From a virus (Duplodnaviria > Heunggongvirae > Uroviricota > Caudoviricetes), in the IMG/VR virus record IMGVR_UViG_2541047819_000001, positions 1 to 6,423 of that record: 6,423 nt of DNA. The stretch is one strand, 5' to 3'. A program made the position numbers and the translations under genes. Shown in pieces: positions 1 through 6,423 of the stretch. The notes below the pieces were generated by a model, which saw only the letters and a list, made by a program, of their open reading frames with translations, had not been told where the DNA came from and searched no databases. Within the stretch, counting starts at the first letter, position 1; the number at the start of each line of letters is the position of its first letter.

Positions 1-105
1 AAAGACGGTAAGAAAATTGATTATCCGGCGCGTCCTCTGCTCGGCTTTACCGGTGAGGATGTGCAGATGATTGAAGAGATTATCCTGGCTCACCTCGACC
101 GTTAG
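1..105 (+). CDS. 3' end of an upstream phage late gene (34 codons, ...EDVQMIEEIILAHLDR*); occupies the S/orf30 slot that precedes V in P2-like genomes; product not identified
   Basis: Frame 1 is open from the window edge to TAG at 103-105, same strand as the tail operon. I do not recognise the C-terminal peptide, so the product is left open. Confidence 0.5.
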   Translation, partial: KDGKKIDYPARPLLGFTGEDVQMIEEIILAHLDR

Positions 106-106
106 T

Positions 107-122
107 TGTGCCATTCCTGACA
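107..122 (+). promoter_or_regulatory. Candidate late-promoter activator dyad (TGT-N10-ACA) upstream of V; possible PV-type Ogr-dependent promoter element
   Basis: TGTgccattcctgACA lies about 57 bp upstream of the V ATG. P2 late promoters carry a TGT-N12-ACA dyad near -55 (from memory); the spacer here is 10, not 12, so this is tentative. Confidence 0.25.
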
Positions 123-137
123 CCTCATCGTCACATT

Positions 138-159
138 GCCGCCGGTATGACCCGGCGGC
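138..159 (+). other. GC-rich hairpin (8-bp stem GCCGCCGG / CCGGCGGC, 6-nt loop) between the upstream gene and V
   Basis: Perfect inverted repeat at 138-145 and 152-159. No clear T-tract follows (atccttcccgtt), so it is not a typical intrinsic terminator; it could be a weak terminator or an RNA-stability or regulatory element. Confidence 0.3.
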
Positions 160-171
160 ATCCTTCCCGTT

Positions 172-807
172 ATGAACACTCTCGCAAATATTCAGGAACT
201 CGCGCGCGCACTGCGCAACATGATCCGCACCGGCCTTGTCGTCGAAACCGACCTTAACGCCGGTCGCTGCCGTGTGCAGACCGGCGGCATGTGCACTGAC
301 TGGCTTCAGTGGCTGACCCATCGTGCCGGTCGTTCGCGCACATGGTGGGCACCTTCCGTGGGGGAGCAGGTGCTGATTCTGGCCGTGGGCGGTGAACTCG
401 ACACGGCGTTCGTTCTGCCGGGGATTTATTCCGGCGATAACCCCGCGCCGTCTGCGTCGGCGGATGCCCTGCATATCCGTTTCCCTGACGGGGCGGTGAT
501 TGAATATGAACCTGAAACCAGTGCACTCACGGTAAGCGGAATTAAAACGGCCAGCGTGACGGCTTCTGATTCTGTTACTGCCACGGTGCCGGTGGTCATG
601 GTGAAAGCATCAACCCGCGTCACCCTGGACACACCGGAGGTGGTCTGCACCAACAGGCTGATTACCGGCACGCTGGAAGTGCAGAAGGGCGGGACGATGC
701 GCGGCAACATTGAACACACCGGCGGTGAACTCTCATCAAACGGTAAGGTACTGCATACCCATAAACACCCCGGCGACAGCGGCGGCACAACCGGGAGCCC
801 TCTATGA
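172..807 (+). CDS. V: Baseplate central spike protein gpV (211 aa)
   Basis: Length matches P2 gpV and the N-terminus MNTLANIQELARALRNMIRTG agrees with my recollection of it. Gly/Ser/Thr-rich C-terminal region ends in an HTHKH His motif. First gene of the V-W-J-I-H-G order. Confidence 0.92.
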   Translation: MNTLANIQELARALRNMIRTGLVVETDLNAGRCRVQTGGMCTDWLQWLTHRAGRSRTWWAPSVGEQVLILAVGGELDTAFVLPGIYSGDNPAPSASADALHIRFPDGAVIEYEPETSALTVSGIKTASVTASDSVTATVPVVMVKASTRVTLDTPEVVCTNRLITGTLEVQKGGTMRGNIEHTGGELSSNGKVLHTHKHPGDSGGTTGSPL

Positions 808-1151
808 CAGCGCGTTATCTCGGAATGAATCGCAGTGATGGCCTGACGGTCACTGACCTTGAGCATATCAGCCAGAGTATCGGCGATATCCTGCGCACAC
901 CGGTCGGCTCACGGGTGATGCGTCGTGATTACGGCTCGTTGCTGGCGTCAATGATTGACCAGCCGCAGACCCCGGCGCTTGAGTTGCAGATTAAGGTCGC
1001 CTGTTACATGGCGGTGCTGAAATGGGAACCCCGCGTCACGCTGTCATCTGTCACCACGGCGCGCAGTTTTGACGGGCGAATGACGGTCACGTTAACCGGC
1101 CAGCACAACGACACCGGCCAGCCACTTTCGTTAACCATCCCTGTGAGTTGA
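804..1151 (+). CDS. W: Baseplate wedge protein gpW (115 aa), gp25-like
   Basis: Length matches P2 gpW. The GSRVMRRDYGSLL motif resembles the gp25/GPW family signature. ATG overlaps the V stop (ATGA). Confidence 0.9.
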   Translation: MTARYLGMNRSDGLTVTDLEHISQSIGDILRTPVGSRVMRRDYGSLLASMIDQPQTPALELQIKVACYMAVLKWEPRVTLSSVTTARSFDGRMTVTLTGQHNDTGQPLSLTIPVS

Positions 1152-1155
1152 AACC

Positions 1156-2064
1156 ATGCCGATTATCGACCTGAACCAGCTACCCGCACCGGATGTGGTC
1201 GAGGAGCTGGACTTTGAAACCATTCTCGCCGAACGCAAGGCGACACTGATTTCCCTTTACCCGGAAGACCAGCAGGAGGCGGTCGCCCGTACCCTGACGC
1301 TGGAATCTGAGCCTCTCGTCAAACTGCTGGAGGAAAATGCTTATCGTGAGCTTATCTGGCGTCAGCGTGTGAATGAGGCTGCACGGGCGGTGATGCTGGC
1401 CTGTGCAGCCGGTAATGACCTTGATGTGATTGGTGCCAATTACAACACCACGCGCCTGATTATCACCCCGGCAGATGATTCGACCATCCCGCCGACACCG
1501 GCAGTGATGGAATCTGACACCGATTATCGTCTGCGTATTCAGCAGGCGTTTGAAGGTTTAAGCGTCGCCGGGTCGGTGGGTGCCTATCAGTATCATGGTC
1601 GCAGTGCGGACGGGCGTGTCGCGGATATCTCTGTCACCAGTCCGTCTCCGGCCTGTGTCACCATCTCTGTGCTGTCACGTGAAAATAACGGCGTCGCATC
1701 CGAAGACCTGCTGGCTGTGGTGCGTAACGCCCTTAATGGCGAGGACGTCAGGCCGGTGGCCGACCGCGTGACCGTGCAGTCTGCCGCCATCGTTGAATAC
1801 CAGATAAACGCCACGCTGTATCTTTACCCTGGTCCCGAAAGCGAACCCATTCGCGCTGCCGCCGTGAAAAAACTGGAAGCGTATATCACGGCACAGCACC
1901 GGTTGGGGCGCGACATCCGTCTGTCTGCCATTTATGCCGCTTTGCATGTGGAAGGCGTGCAGCGTGTCGAGCTGGCTGCACCGCTGGCCGACATCGTGCT
2001 CAACAGTACGCAGGCGTCTTTTTGTACCGAATACCGCGTCGTGACCGGAGGCTCGGATGAGTGA
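1156..2064 (+). CDS. J: Baseplate wedge protein gpJ (302 aa), gp6-like
   Basis: Length matches P2 gpJ and the position follows W. A GTGAG Shine-Dalgarno-like sequence sits about 8 nt upstream of the ATG. Confidence 0.92.
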   Translation: MPIIDLNQLPAPDVVEELDFETILAERKATLISLYPEDQQEAVARTLTLESEPLVKLLEENAYRELIWRQRVNEAARAVMLACAAGNDLDVIGANYNTTRLIITPADDSTIPPTPAVMESDTDYRLRIQQAFEGLSVAGSVGAYQYHGRSADGRVADISVTSPSPACVTISVLSRENNGVASEDLLAVVRNALNGEDVRPVADRVTVQSAAIVEYQINATLYLYPGPESEPIRAAAVKKLEAYITAQHRLGRDIRLSAIYAALHVEGVQRVELAAPLADIVLNSTQASFCTEYRVVTGGSDE

Positions 2065-2587
2065 TTCGCGCCTGCTGCCGACCGGCTCATCACCGCTTGA
2101 AGTCGCCGCCGCAAAAGCCTGTGCGGAAATTGAAAAAACGCCGGTCAGTATTCGTGAGCTGTGGAACCCGGACACCTGCCCGGCAAATCTGCTGCCGTGG
2201 CTGGCGTGGGCGTTTTCGGTTGACCGCTGGGATGAAAAGTGGCCGGAAGCAACAAAACGCGCCGTTATCCGCGATGCGTATTTCATTCACTGCCATAAAG
2301 GCACTATCGGTGCAATCCGGCGTGTGGTGGAGCCGCTCGGCTATCTCATTAACGTAAAGGAATGGTGGGAGACAAACGACCCGGCCGGAACCTTTCGCCT
2401 TGATATTGGCGTACTGGAAAGCGGTATCACGGAAGAGATGTATCTGGAAATGGAACGGCTGATTGCCGATGCCAAACCCGCAAGTCGCCACCTTATCGGT
2501 CTGAACATTATCCAGGACATTCCCGGCTATCTGTATACAGGCGGTGTGGTCTGTGATGGTGATGTTATTACTGTTTATCCCGGATAA
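2057..2587 (+). CDS. I: Baseplate/tail protein gpI (176 aa)
   Basis: Length matches P2 gpI. GGAGG lies 5 nt upstream of the ATG, and the start overlaps the J stop by 8 nt. Confidence 0.9.
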   Translation: MSDSRLLPTGSSPLEVAAAKACAEIEKTPVSIRELWNPDTCPANLLPWLAWAFSVDRWDEKWPEATKRAVIRDAYFIHCHKGTIGAIRRVVEPLGYLINVKEWWETNDPAGTFRLDIGVLESGITEEMYLEMERLIADAKPASRHLIGLNIIQDIPGYLYTGGVVCDGDVITVYPG

Positions 2588-2597
2588 GTGAGAAACA

Positions 2598-5120
2598 ATG
2601 AGCACGAAATTTAAAACCGTTATCACTACTGCCGGAGCCGCAAAGCTGGCAGCCGCCACTGTCCCCGGCGGGAAAAAAGTAAACCTGTCTGCAATGGCCG
2701 TGGGTGACGGTAATGGCAAATTGCCGGTGCCGGATGCCGGTCAGACGAAACTGGTGCGTGAAGTCTGGCGTCACGCTCTGAATAAAGTCAGTGTGGATAA
2801 CAAGAATAAAAACTATATCGTGGCTGAACTGGTTGTTCCGCCAGAAGTGGGCGGCTTCTGGATGCGTGAGCTTGGTCTGTATGACGATGCCGGAACACTG
2901 ATTGCGGTATCCAACATGGCAGAAAGCTATAAGCCAGAACTGGCTGAAGGCTCCGGACGTGCGCAGACCTGCCGCATGGTTATTATTCTCAGCAACGTGG
3001 CGTCCGTTGAGCTGAGTATTGATGCCAGCACAGTGATGGCGACGCAGGATTACGTCGATGACAAAATCGCAGAGCATGAGCAGTCCCGCCGCCATCCTGA
3101 CGCCACGCTGACAGAAAAAGGTTTTACTCAGTTAAGCAGTGCAACAAACAGCACCAGTGAAAAGCAGGCTGCAACGCCAAAGGCAGTAAAAGCAGCCTAT
3201 GACAATGCTGAGAAACGTCTGCAGAAAGACCAGAACGGTGGCGATATTCCAGATAAGGACGCTTTTCTGGACAATGTTGGCGTTACCAGCCTGACGTTTA
3301 TGAAAAACAACGGCGAAATGCCGGTTGATGCTGATCTGAATACATTTGGTCCCGTTAAGGCTTATCTGGGGATCTGGTCTAAAGCTACTTCAACTAACGC
3401 AACACTGGAGAAAAATTTCCCGGAAGATAATGCTGTCGGTGTGCTTGAGGTATTCAATGGCGGTAATTTTGCAGGAATGCAGCGTTATACCACCAGAACA
3501 GGCAATGTTTATATGCGCAACCTTTCTGGCACCTGGAATGGCTCAGACGGTCCGTGGAGCTACTGGCGTCAGATTCAGTCAGCAACACGCCCTTTGAGTA
3601 CGACTATAGACCTGAATACGCTTGGAGCCGCCGAACATCTTGGTTTATGGCGTAACAGTAGCTCGGCTATAGCTTCATATGAACGCAATTATCCAGAGGA
3701 AGGCGGCTTTGCTCAGGGGATGCTTGAGATCCTCGAAGGCGGAAATTATGGAAGAACGCAACGTTATACCACTCGCCGTGGAAATATGTATGTCCGCTGC
3801 CTTGCGGCAAGCTGGGATGCATCAAATCCGCAGTGGGAACCGTGGTTAAGAGTCGGTCATCAGTCAGAGAGTCGTTATTACGAAGGTGATTTAAATGTTC
3901 TAACCGACCCCGGTATTTACAGTGTTACAGGAAAGGCAACAAACGGTCCGATGCTGGACACCGTTGGCGCGACACTACTTGGGATACTGGAAGTAATCAG
4001 ACGTTTTGATGGTGTGTCTGTCTGGCAGCGTTACACAACCACAGGGAAATCAGAAACTACACAGGGACGCACTTTTGAGCGCGTCTACGCCGGGAGCAAA
4101 TGGACCGAATGGCGAGAAGTATATAACTCCTTTTCGTTGCCTCTGAATCTGGGCATCGGTGGCGCAGTGGCAAAACTATCCAGTCTGGACTGGCAGACCT
4201 ACGATTTTGTGCCGGGCAGTCTGATAACCGTGCGGCTTGATAACATGACCAACATTCCCGACGGTATGGACTGGGGCGTCATTGATGGCAACCTGATAAA
4301 CATCGCAGTTGGTCCGAGTGATGATTCCGGTACGGGGCGCTCAATGCATGTATGGCGCAGCACTGTAAGTAAAGCGAACTACCGCTTTTTTATGGTGCGT
4401 ATTTCAGGAAATCCGGGAAGCCGCACGATCACGACAAGACGTGTGCCAATTATCGACGAAGCTCAGACATGGGCGGCGAAACAGACATTCAGCGCCGGTC
4501 TTTCAGGCGAACTGTCCGGCAATGCGGCTACAGCTACAAAGCTGAAAACGGCACGAAATATTAATGGTGTCAAATTTGATGGCACCGGCGATATAAATAT
4601 TAATACGCTGGTATCCCGGAATCGCGTCACAGCATTAAGCGGGAGTGCAAAGGGGACGCCTGGTATTCAGATGTATGAGGCATATAACAATGGCTACCCT
4701 TACACCTATGGCAATGTGCTTCATCTTACGGGGGTGTCCGCAGTTGGAGAAGGTGAATTACTTATCGGCTGGAGCGGCACCAGTGGAGGTTACGCGCCAG
4801 CATATATCCGTTCAAGGCGGGATACAGATGATGCTCAATGGTCTGGATGGGCGCAAATTTATACGACAGCTCATAAACCATCGCCAGGTGATATTGGCGC
4901 TTATACCAAGGCGGAATGTAATTCACGTTTTATTACAGGTATTCGCTTAGGTGGTTTGTCATCCCTTCCAACGTGGAATGGTACTGGCTGGCATGACAGG
5001 TCAGGGCATGTTCTTACTGGTGTTGTCAATAGTAATACTGATGAATTAATTGATATCGCGCAGGCAAGACCTGTTCAGTATTGTATTAATGGCACATGGT
5101 ATAACGCAGGGAGTATTTAA
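2598..5120 (+). CDS. H: Tail fibre protein gpH (840 aa), mosaic: conserved P2-H-like N-terminal attachment domain, three tandem ~92-aa repeats, conserved fibre junction motif, divergent C-terminal receptor-binding tip
   Basis: Single uninterrupted ORF in the H position. N-terminus [20 protein letters not shown]... is typical of P2-like fibre proteins. The motif [31 protein letters not shown] matches the conserved tail-fibre junction seen in P2 H, lambda Stf and Mu S. Confidence 0.92.
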   Translation: MSTKFKTVITTAGAAKLAAATVPGGKKVNLSAMAVGDGNGKLPVPDAGQTKLVREVWRHALNKVSVDNKNKNYIVAELVVPPEVGGFWMRELGLYDDAGTLIAVSNMAESYKPELAEGSGRAQTCRMVIILSNVASVELSIDASTVMATQDYVDDKIAEHEQSRRHPDATLTEKGFTQLSSATNSTSEKQAATPKAVKAAYDNAEKRLQKDQNGGDIPDKDAFLDNVGVTSLTFMKNNGEMPVDADLNTFGPVKAYLGIWSKATSTNATLEKNFPEDNAVGVLEVFNGGNFAGMQRYTTRTGNVYMRNLSGTWNGSDGPWSYWRQIQSATRPLSTTIDLNTLGAAEHLGLWRNSSSAIASYERNYPEEGGFAQGMLEILEGGNYGRTQRYTTRRGNMYVRCLAASWDASNPQWEPWLRVGHQSESRYYEGDLNVLTDPGIYSVTGKATNGPMLDTVGATLLGILEVIRRFDGVSVWQRYTTTGKSETTQGRTFERVYAGSKWTEWREVYNSFSLPLNLGIGGAVAKLSSLDWQTYDFVPGSLITVRLDNMTNIPDGMDWGVIDGNLINIAVGPSDDSGTGRSMHVWRSTVSKANYRFFMVRISGNPGSRTITTRRVPIIDEAQTWAAKQTFSAGLSGELSGNAATATKLKTARNINGVKFDGTGDININTLVSRNRVTALSGSAKGTPGIQMYEAYNNGYPYTYGNVLHLTGVSAVGEGELLIGWSGTSGGYAPAYIRSRRDTDDAQWSGWAQIYTTAHKPSPGDIGAYTKAECNSRFITGIRLGGLSSLPTWNGTGWHDRSGHVLTGVVNSNTDELIDIAQARPVQYCINGTWYNAGSI
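3333..4127 (+). repeat. Three tandem protein-level domain repeats (~92 aa each) inside H, with shared motif DLNxL...G-x-LE[IV]...QRYTT...W..W
   Basis: Repeat units start at 3333 (DLNTFGP), 3609 (DLNTLGA) and 3888 (DLNVLTD). A QRYTT core recurs at about 3478, 3757 and 4026. The copies are diverged at DNA level and similar mainly as protein. Confidence 0.7.
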
Positions 5121-5650
5121 TGATGATGCATTTAAAAAATATTAAGGCAGGGAATCCAAAAACTATTGAACAATATGAATTAACCAAACGATTTAATATT
5201 GTCTGGCTATGGTCAGATGATGGTAAAAACTGGTATGAGGAACAAAAGAATTTCCAGCCAGACACTTTAAAAATGGCCTACGACGAGAACGGTATTATTC
5301 GTTGCATTGAGAAAGATGTGTCAATGCTCAACCCTGATGGCTTGAGTGTTGTTGAGTTACCGAATATAACCGCCAACCGTCGCGCTGATATTTCAGGTAA
5401 CTGGATGTTCAAAGATGACACTGTAATTAAACGTGTATATACGGATGCAGAACGGCAGCAGCAAGCCGAAGTCCGAAAGTCAACCTTGCTTGCAGAAGCT
5501 GAGGCATTGATTCAGCCGCTGGAGCGTGCGGTCAGGCTGAATATGGCAACAGATGAGGAGCGCAGCCGACTGGAGGCATGGGAACGCTACAGCGTTCTGG
5601 TCAGTCGTGTGGATCCTGCAAATCCTGAATGGCCGGAACTACCACAATAA
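5120..5650 (+). CDS. G: Tail fibre assembly chaperone gpG (176 aa), Tfa family
   Basis: Length is close to P2 gpG. C-terminus [26 protein letters not shown] resembles the lambda Tfa C-terminus (...LEAWKKYRVLLNRVDTS..EWP..P, from memory). ATG overlaps the H stop (TAATG); GGGAG lies about 8 nt upstream. Confidence 0.9.
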   Translation: MMMHLKNIKAGNPKTIEQYELTKRFNIVWLWSDDGKNWYEEQKNFQPDTLKMAYDENGIIRCIEKDVSMLNPDGLSVVELPNITANRRADISGNWMFKDDTVIKRVYTDAERQQQAEVRKSTLLAEAEALIQPLERAVRLNMATDEERSRLEAWERYSVLVSRVDPANPEWPELPQ

Positions 5651-5655
5651 ATACA

Positions 5656-5682
5656 GGCGGGCGGATTGCCCGCCTTTTCTTT
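5656..5682 (+). terminator. Rho-independent terminator downstream of G
   Basis: Stem GGCGGGC (5657-5663) pairs with GCCCGCC (5668-5674) around a 4-nt loop, followed by TTTTCTTT (5675-5682), 6 nt after the G stop codon. Confidence 0.7.
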
Positions 5683-5779
5683 ATCTGTTGTTTCATCCCC
5701 TGACCAGTCAGGACAAATAGCGTCTCACGCCCTGTACAACTGAAAATACCACTCACCCATTAACCACGGAGTTAAACGG
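5683..5779 (+). promoter_or_regulatory. Candidate late promoter region for the FI operon (PF-like), containing dyad CCTGAC-N2-GTCAGG at 5699-5712
   Basis: In P2 a late promoter (PF) precedes FI. A dyad lies about 74 bp upstream of the FI ATG and GGAG sits at 5767-5770. I could not find an exact TGT-N12-ACA match, so the assignment is positional. Confidence 0.3.
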
Positions 5780-6423
5780 ATGAGTGATTATCATCACGGT
5801 GTGCAGGTGCTGGAGATTAACGACGGCACCCGCGTCATTTCCACCGTATCCACCGCCATTGTCGGCATGGTCTGCACGGCCAGCGATGCGGATGCGGAAA
5901 CCTTCCCCCTCAATAAACCGGTGCTGATTACCAATGTGCAGAGCGCAATTGCAAAGGCCGGTAAAAAAGGCACGCTGGCGGCATCGTTGCAGGCTATCGC
6001 CGACCAGTCAAAACCGGTCACCGTTGTCGTGCGTGTGGAAGACGGCACCGGCGACGACGAGGAAACGAAACTCGCGCAGACCGTTTCCAATATCATCGGC
6101 ACCACCGACGAAAACGGTCAGTACACCGGACTGAAAGCCCTGCTGGCGGCGGAGTCAGTAACCGGTGTTAAACCGCGTATTCTCGGCGTGCCGGGACTGG
6201 ACACCAAAGAGGTGGCTGTTGCACTGGCATCAGTCTGTCAGAAGCTGCGCGCTTTCGGGTATATCAGCGCATGGGGCTGTAAGACCATTTCCGAGGTGAA
6301 AGCCTACCGCCAGAATTTCAGCCAGCGTGAGCTGATGGTCATCTGGCCGGATTTCCTCGCATGGGATACGGTCACCAGTACCACCGCCACCGCGTATGCC
6401 ACCGCCCGTGCGCTGGGTCTGCG
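5780..6423 (+). CDS. FI: Tail sheath protein gpFI, 5' portion (214 codons, continues beyond window)
   Basis: ATG at 5780 with a GGAG RBS; the frame stays open to the window end. N-terminus MSDYHHGVQVLEINDGTRVISTVSTAIVGMVCTASDADAETFPLNKPVLITNVQSAI agrees with my recollection of P2 sheath protein FI. Confidence 0.9.
   Translation, partial: MSDYHHGVQVLEINDGTRVISTVSTAIVGMVCTASDADAETFPLNKPVLITNVQSAIAKAGKKGTLAASLQAIADQSKPVTVVVRVEDGTGDDEETKLAQTVSNIIGTTDENGQYTGLKALLAAESVTGVKPRILGVPGLDTKEVAVALASVCQKLRAFGYISAWGCKTISEVKAYRQNFSQRELMVIWPDFLAWDTVTSTTATAYATARALGL

Noticed and set aside
254-866. Antisense ORFs 254..526 (90 aa) and 426..866 (146 aa) opposite gene V
   Set aside because: They lie wholly inside a well-supported GC-rich coding gene on the other strand and are Arg/Pro/Ser-rich, as expected for chance open frames in high-GC DNA. 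No RBS or recognisable domain.
1580-2286. Overlapping ORFs within and antisense to J (1580..1771 +, 1593..1814 -, 1675..2286 -, 1932..2114 -)
   Set aside because: Same reasoning: they are nested in the J and I coding region, have no ribosome-binding context, and their composition looks like out-of-frame translation of a GC-rich gene.
2061-3095. ORFs 2061..2357 (+), 2090..2719 (-) and 2568..3095 (-) overlapping I and the 5' end of H
   Set aside because: Alternative-frame or antisense reading of the conserved I and H N-terminal coding sequence; they conflict with the syntenic, RBS-supported I and H calls.
3346-3597. Same-strand nested ORF (83 aa) inside H in another frame
   Set aside because: No RBS, and it sits in the middle of the first fibre repeat; most likely a chance open frame. 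Only ribosome profiling could show otherwise.
3333-4127. CRISPR-like or other nucleotide-level tandem repeat array
   Set aside because: The periodicity is ~276 nt, in frame and inside a continuous ORF; the units are conserved as protein rather than DNA and there are no short direct repeats with unique spacers.
4518-4610. Possible Gin/Cin/Hin-type invertible host-range segment (as in Mu G or P1 C segments)
   Set aside because: No recognisable crossover site with the expected inverted half-sites near the junction motif, no inverted duplicate of the fibre tip on the opposite strand, and no invertase ORF. G follows H directly on the same strand.
4645-4950. Same-strand nested ORF (101 aa) inside the H tip region
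   Set aside because: Alternative frame of the low-GC tip region with no start context or recognisable motif; treated as spurious.
4611-5117. Possible diversity-generating retroelement (DGR) variable region at the fibre C-terminus
   Set aside because: No template-repeat copy of the tip sequence and no reverse transcriptase gene anywhere in the window; the genes flanking H are the canonical I and G.
5651-5779. Small gene or toxin-antitoxin/defence moron between G and FI
   Set aside because: The interval is only 129 bp, has no ORF with start and RBS, and is adequately explained by a terminator hairpin plus the promoter and RBS for FI.
5794-6134. ORFs 5794..6105 (-) and 5934..6134 (+) overlapping FI
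   Set aside because: The FI frame starting at 5780 matches the P2 sheath N-terminus and stays open to the window end; these are out-of-frame or antisense artefacts.

Overview
The window is a contiguous, same-strand late-gene block from a P2-like myovirus (prophage or possibly a P2-type tailocin) of an enterobacterial host. It carries the canonical tail order: 3' end of an upstream late gene, then V (baseplate spike), W, J, I (baseplate wedge), H (tail fibre), G (tail-fibre assembly chaperone), a terminator, and the 5' part of FI (tail sheath). The V-W-J-I ORF lengths (211/115/302/176 aa) match what I recall for phage P2 and the genes are linked by overlapping stop/start codons. I do not see a defence system, toxin, RNA gene, CRISPR array or mobile element; the G-FI moron slot is empty, so I cannot support a claim of an undescribed system here. 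The most unusual content is the tail-fibre gene H: at 840 aa it is longer than the 669 aa I recall for P2 H, and it has a conserved GC-rich N-terminus, a lower-GC interior with three tandem ~92-aa domain repeats, a conserved fibre junction motif and a divergent low-GC tip. The low-GC tract continues into the 5' two-thirds of G, consistent with a horizontally exchanged host-range cassette. All identifications rest on reading the ORF translations, synteny and remembered family features; no database search was run.
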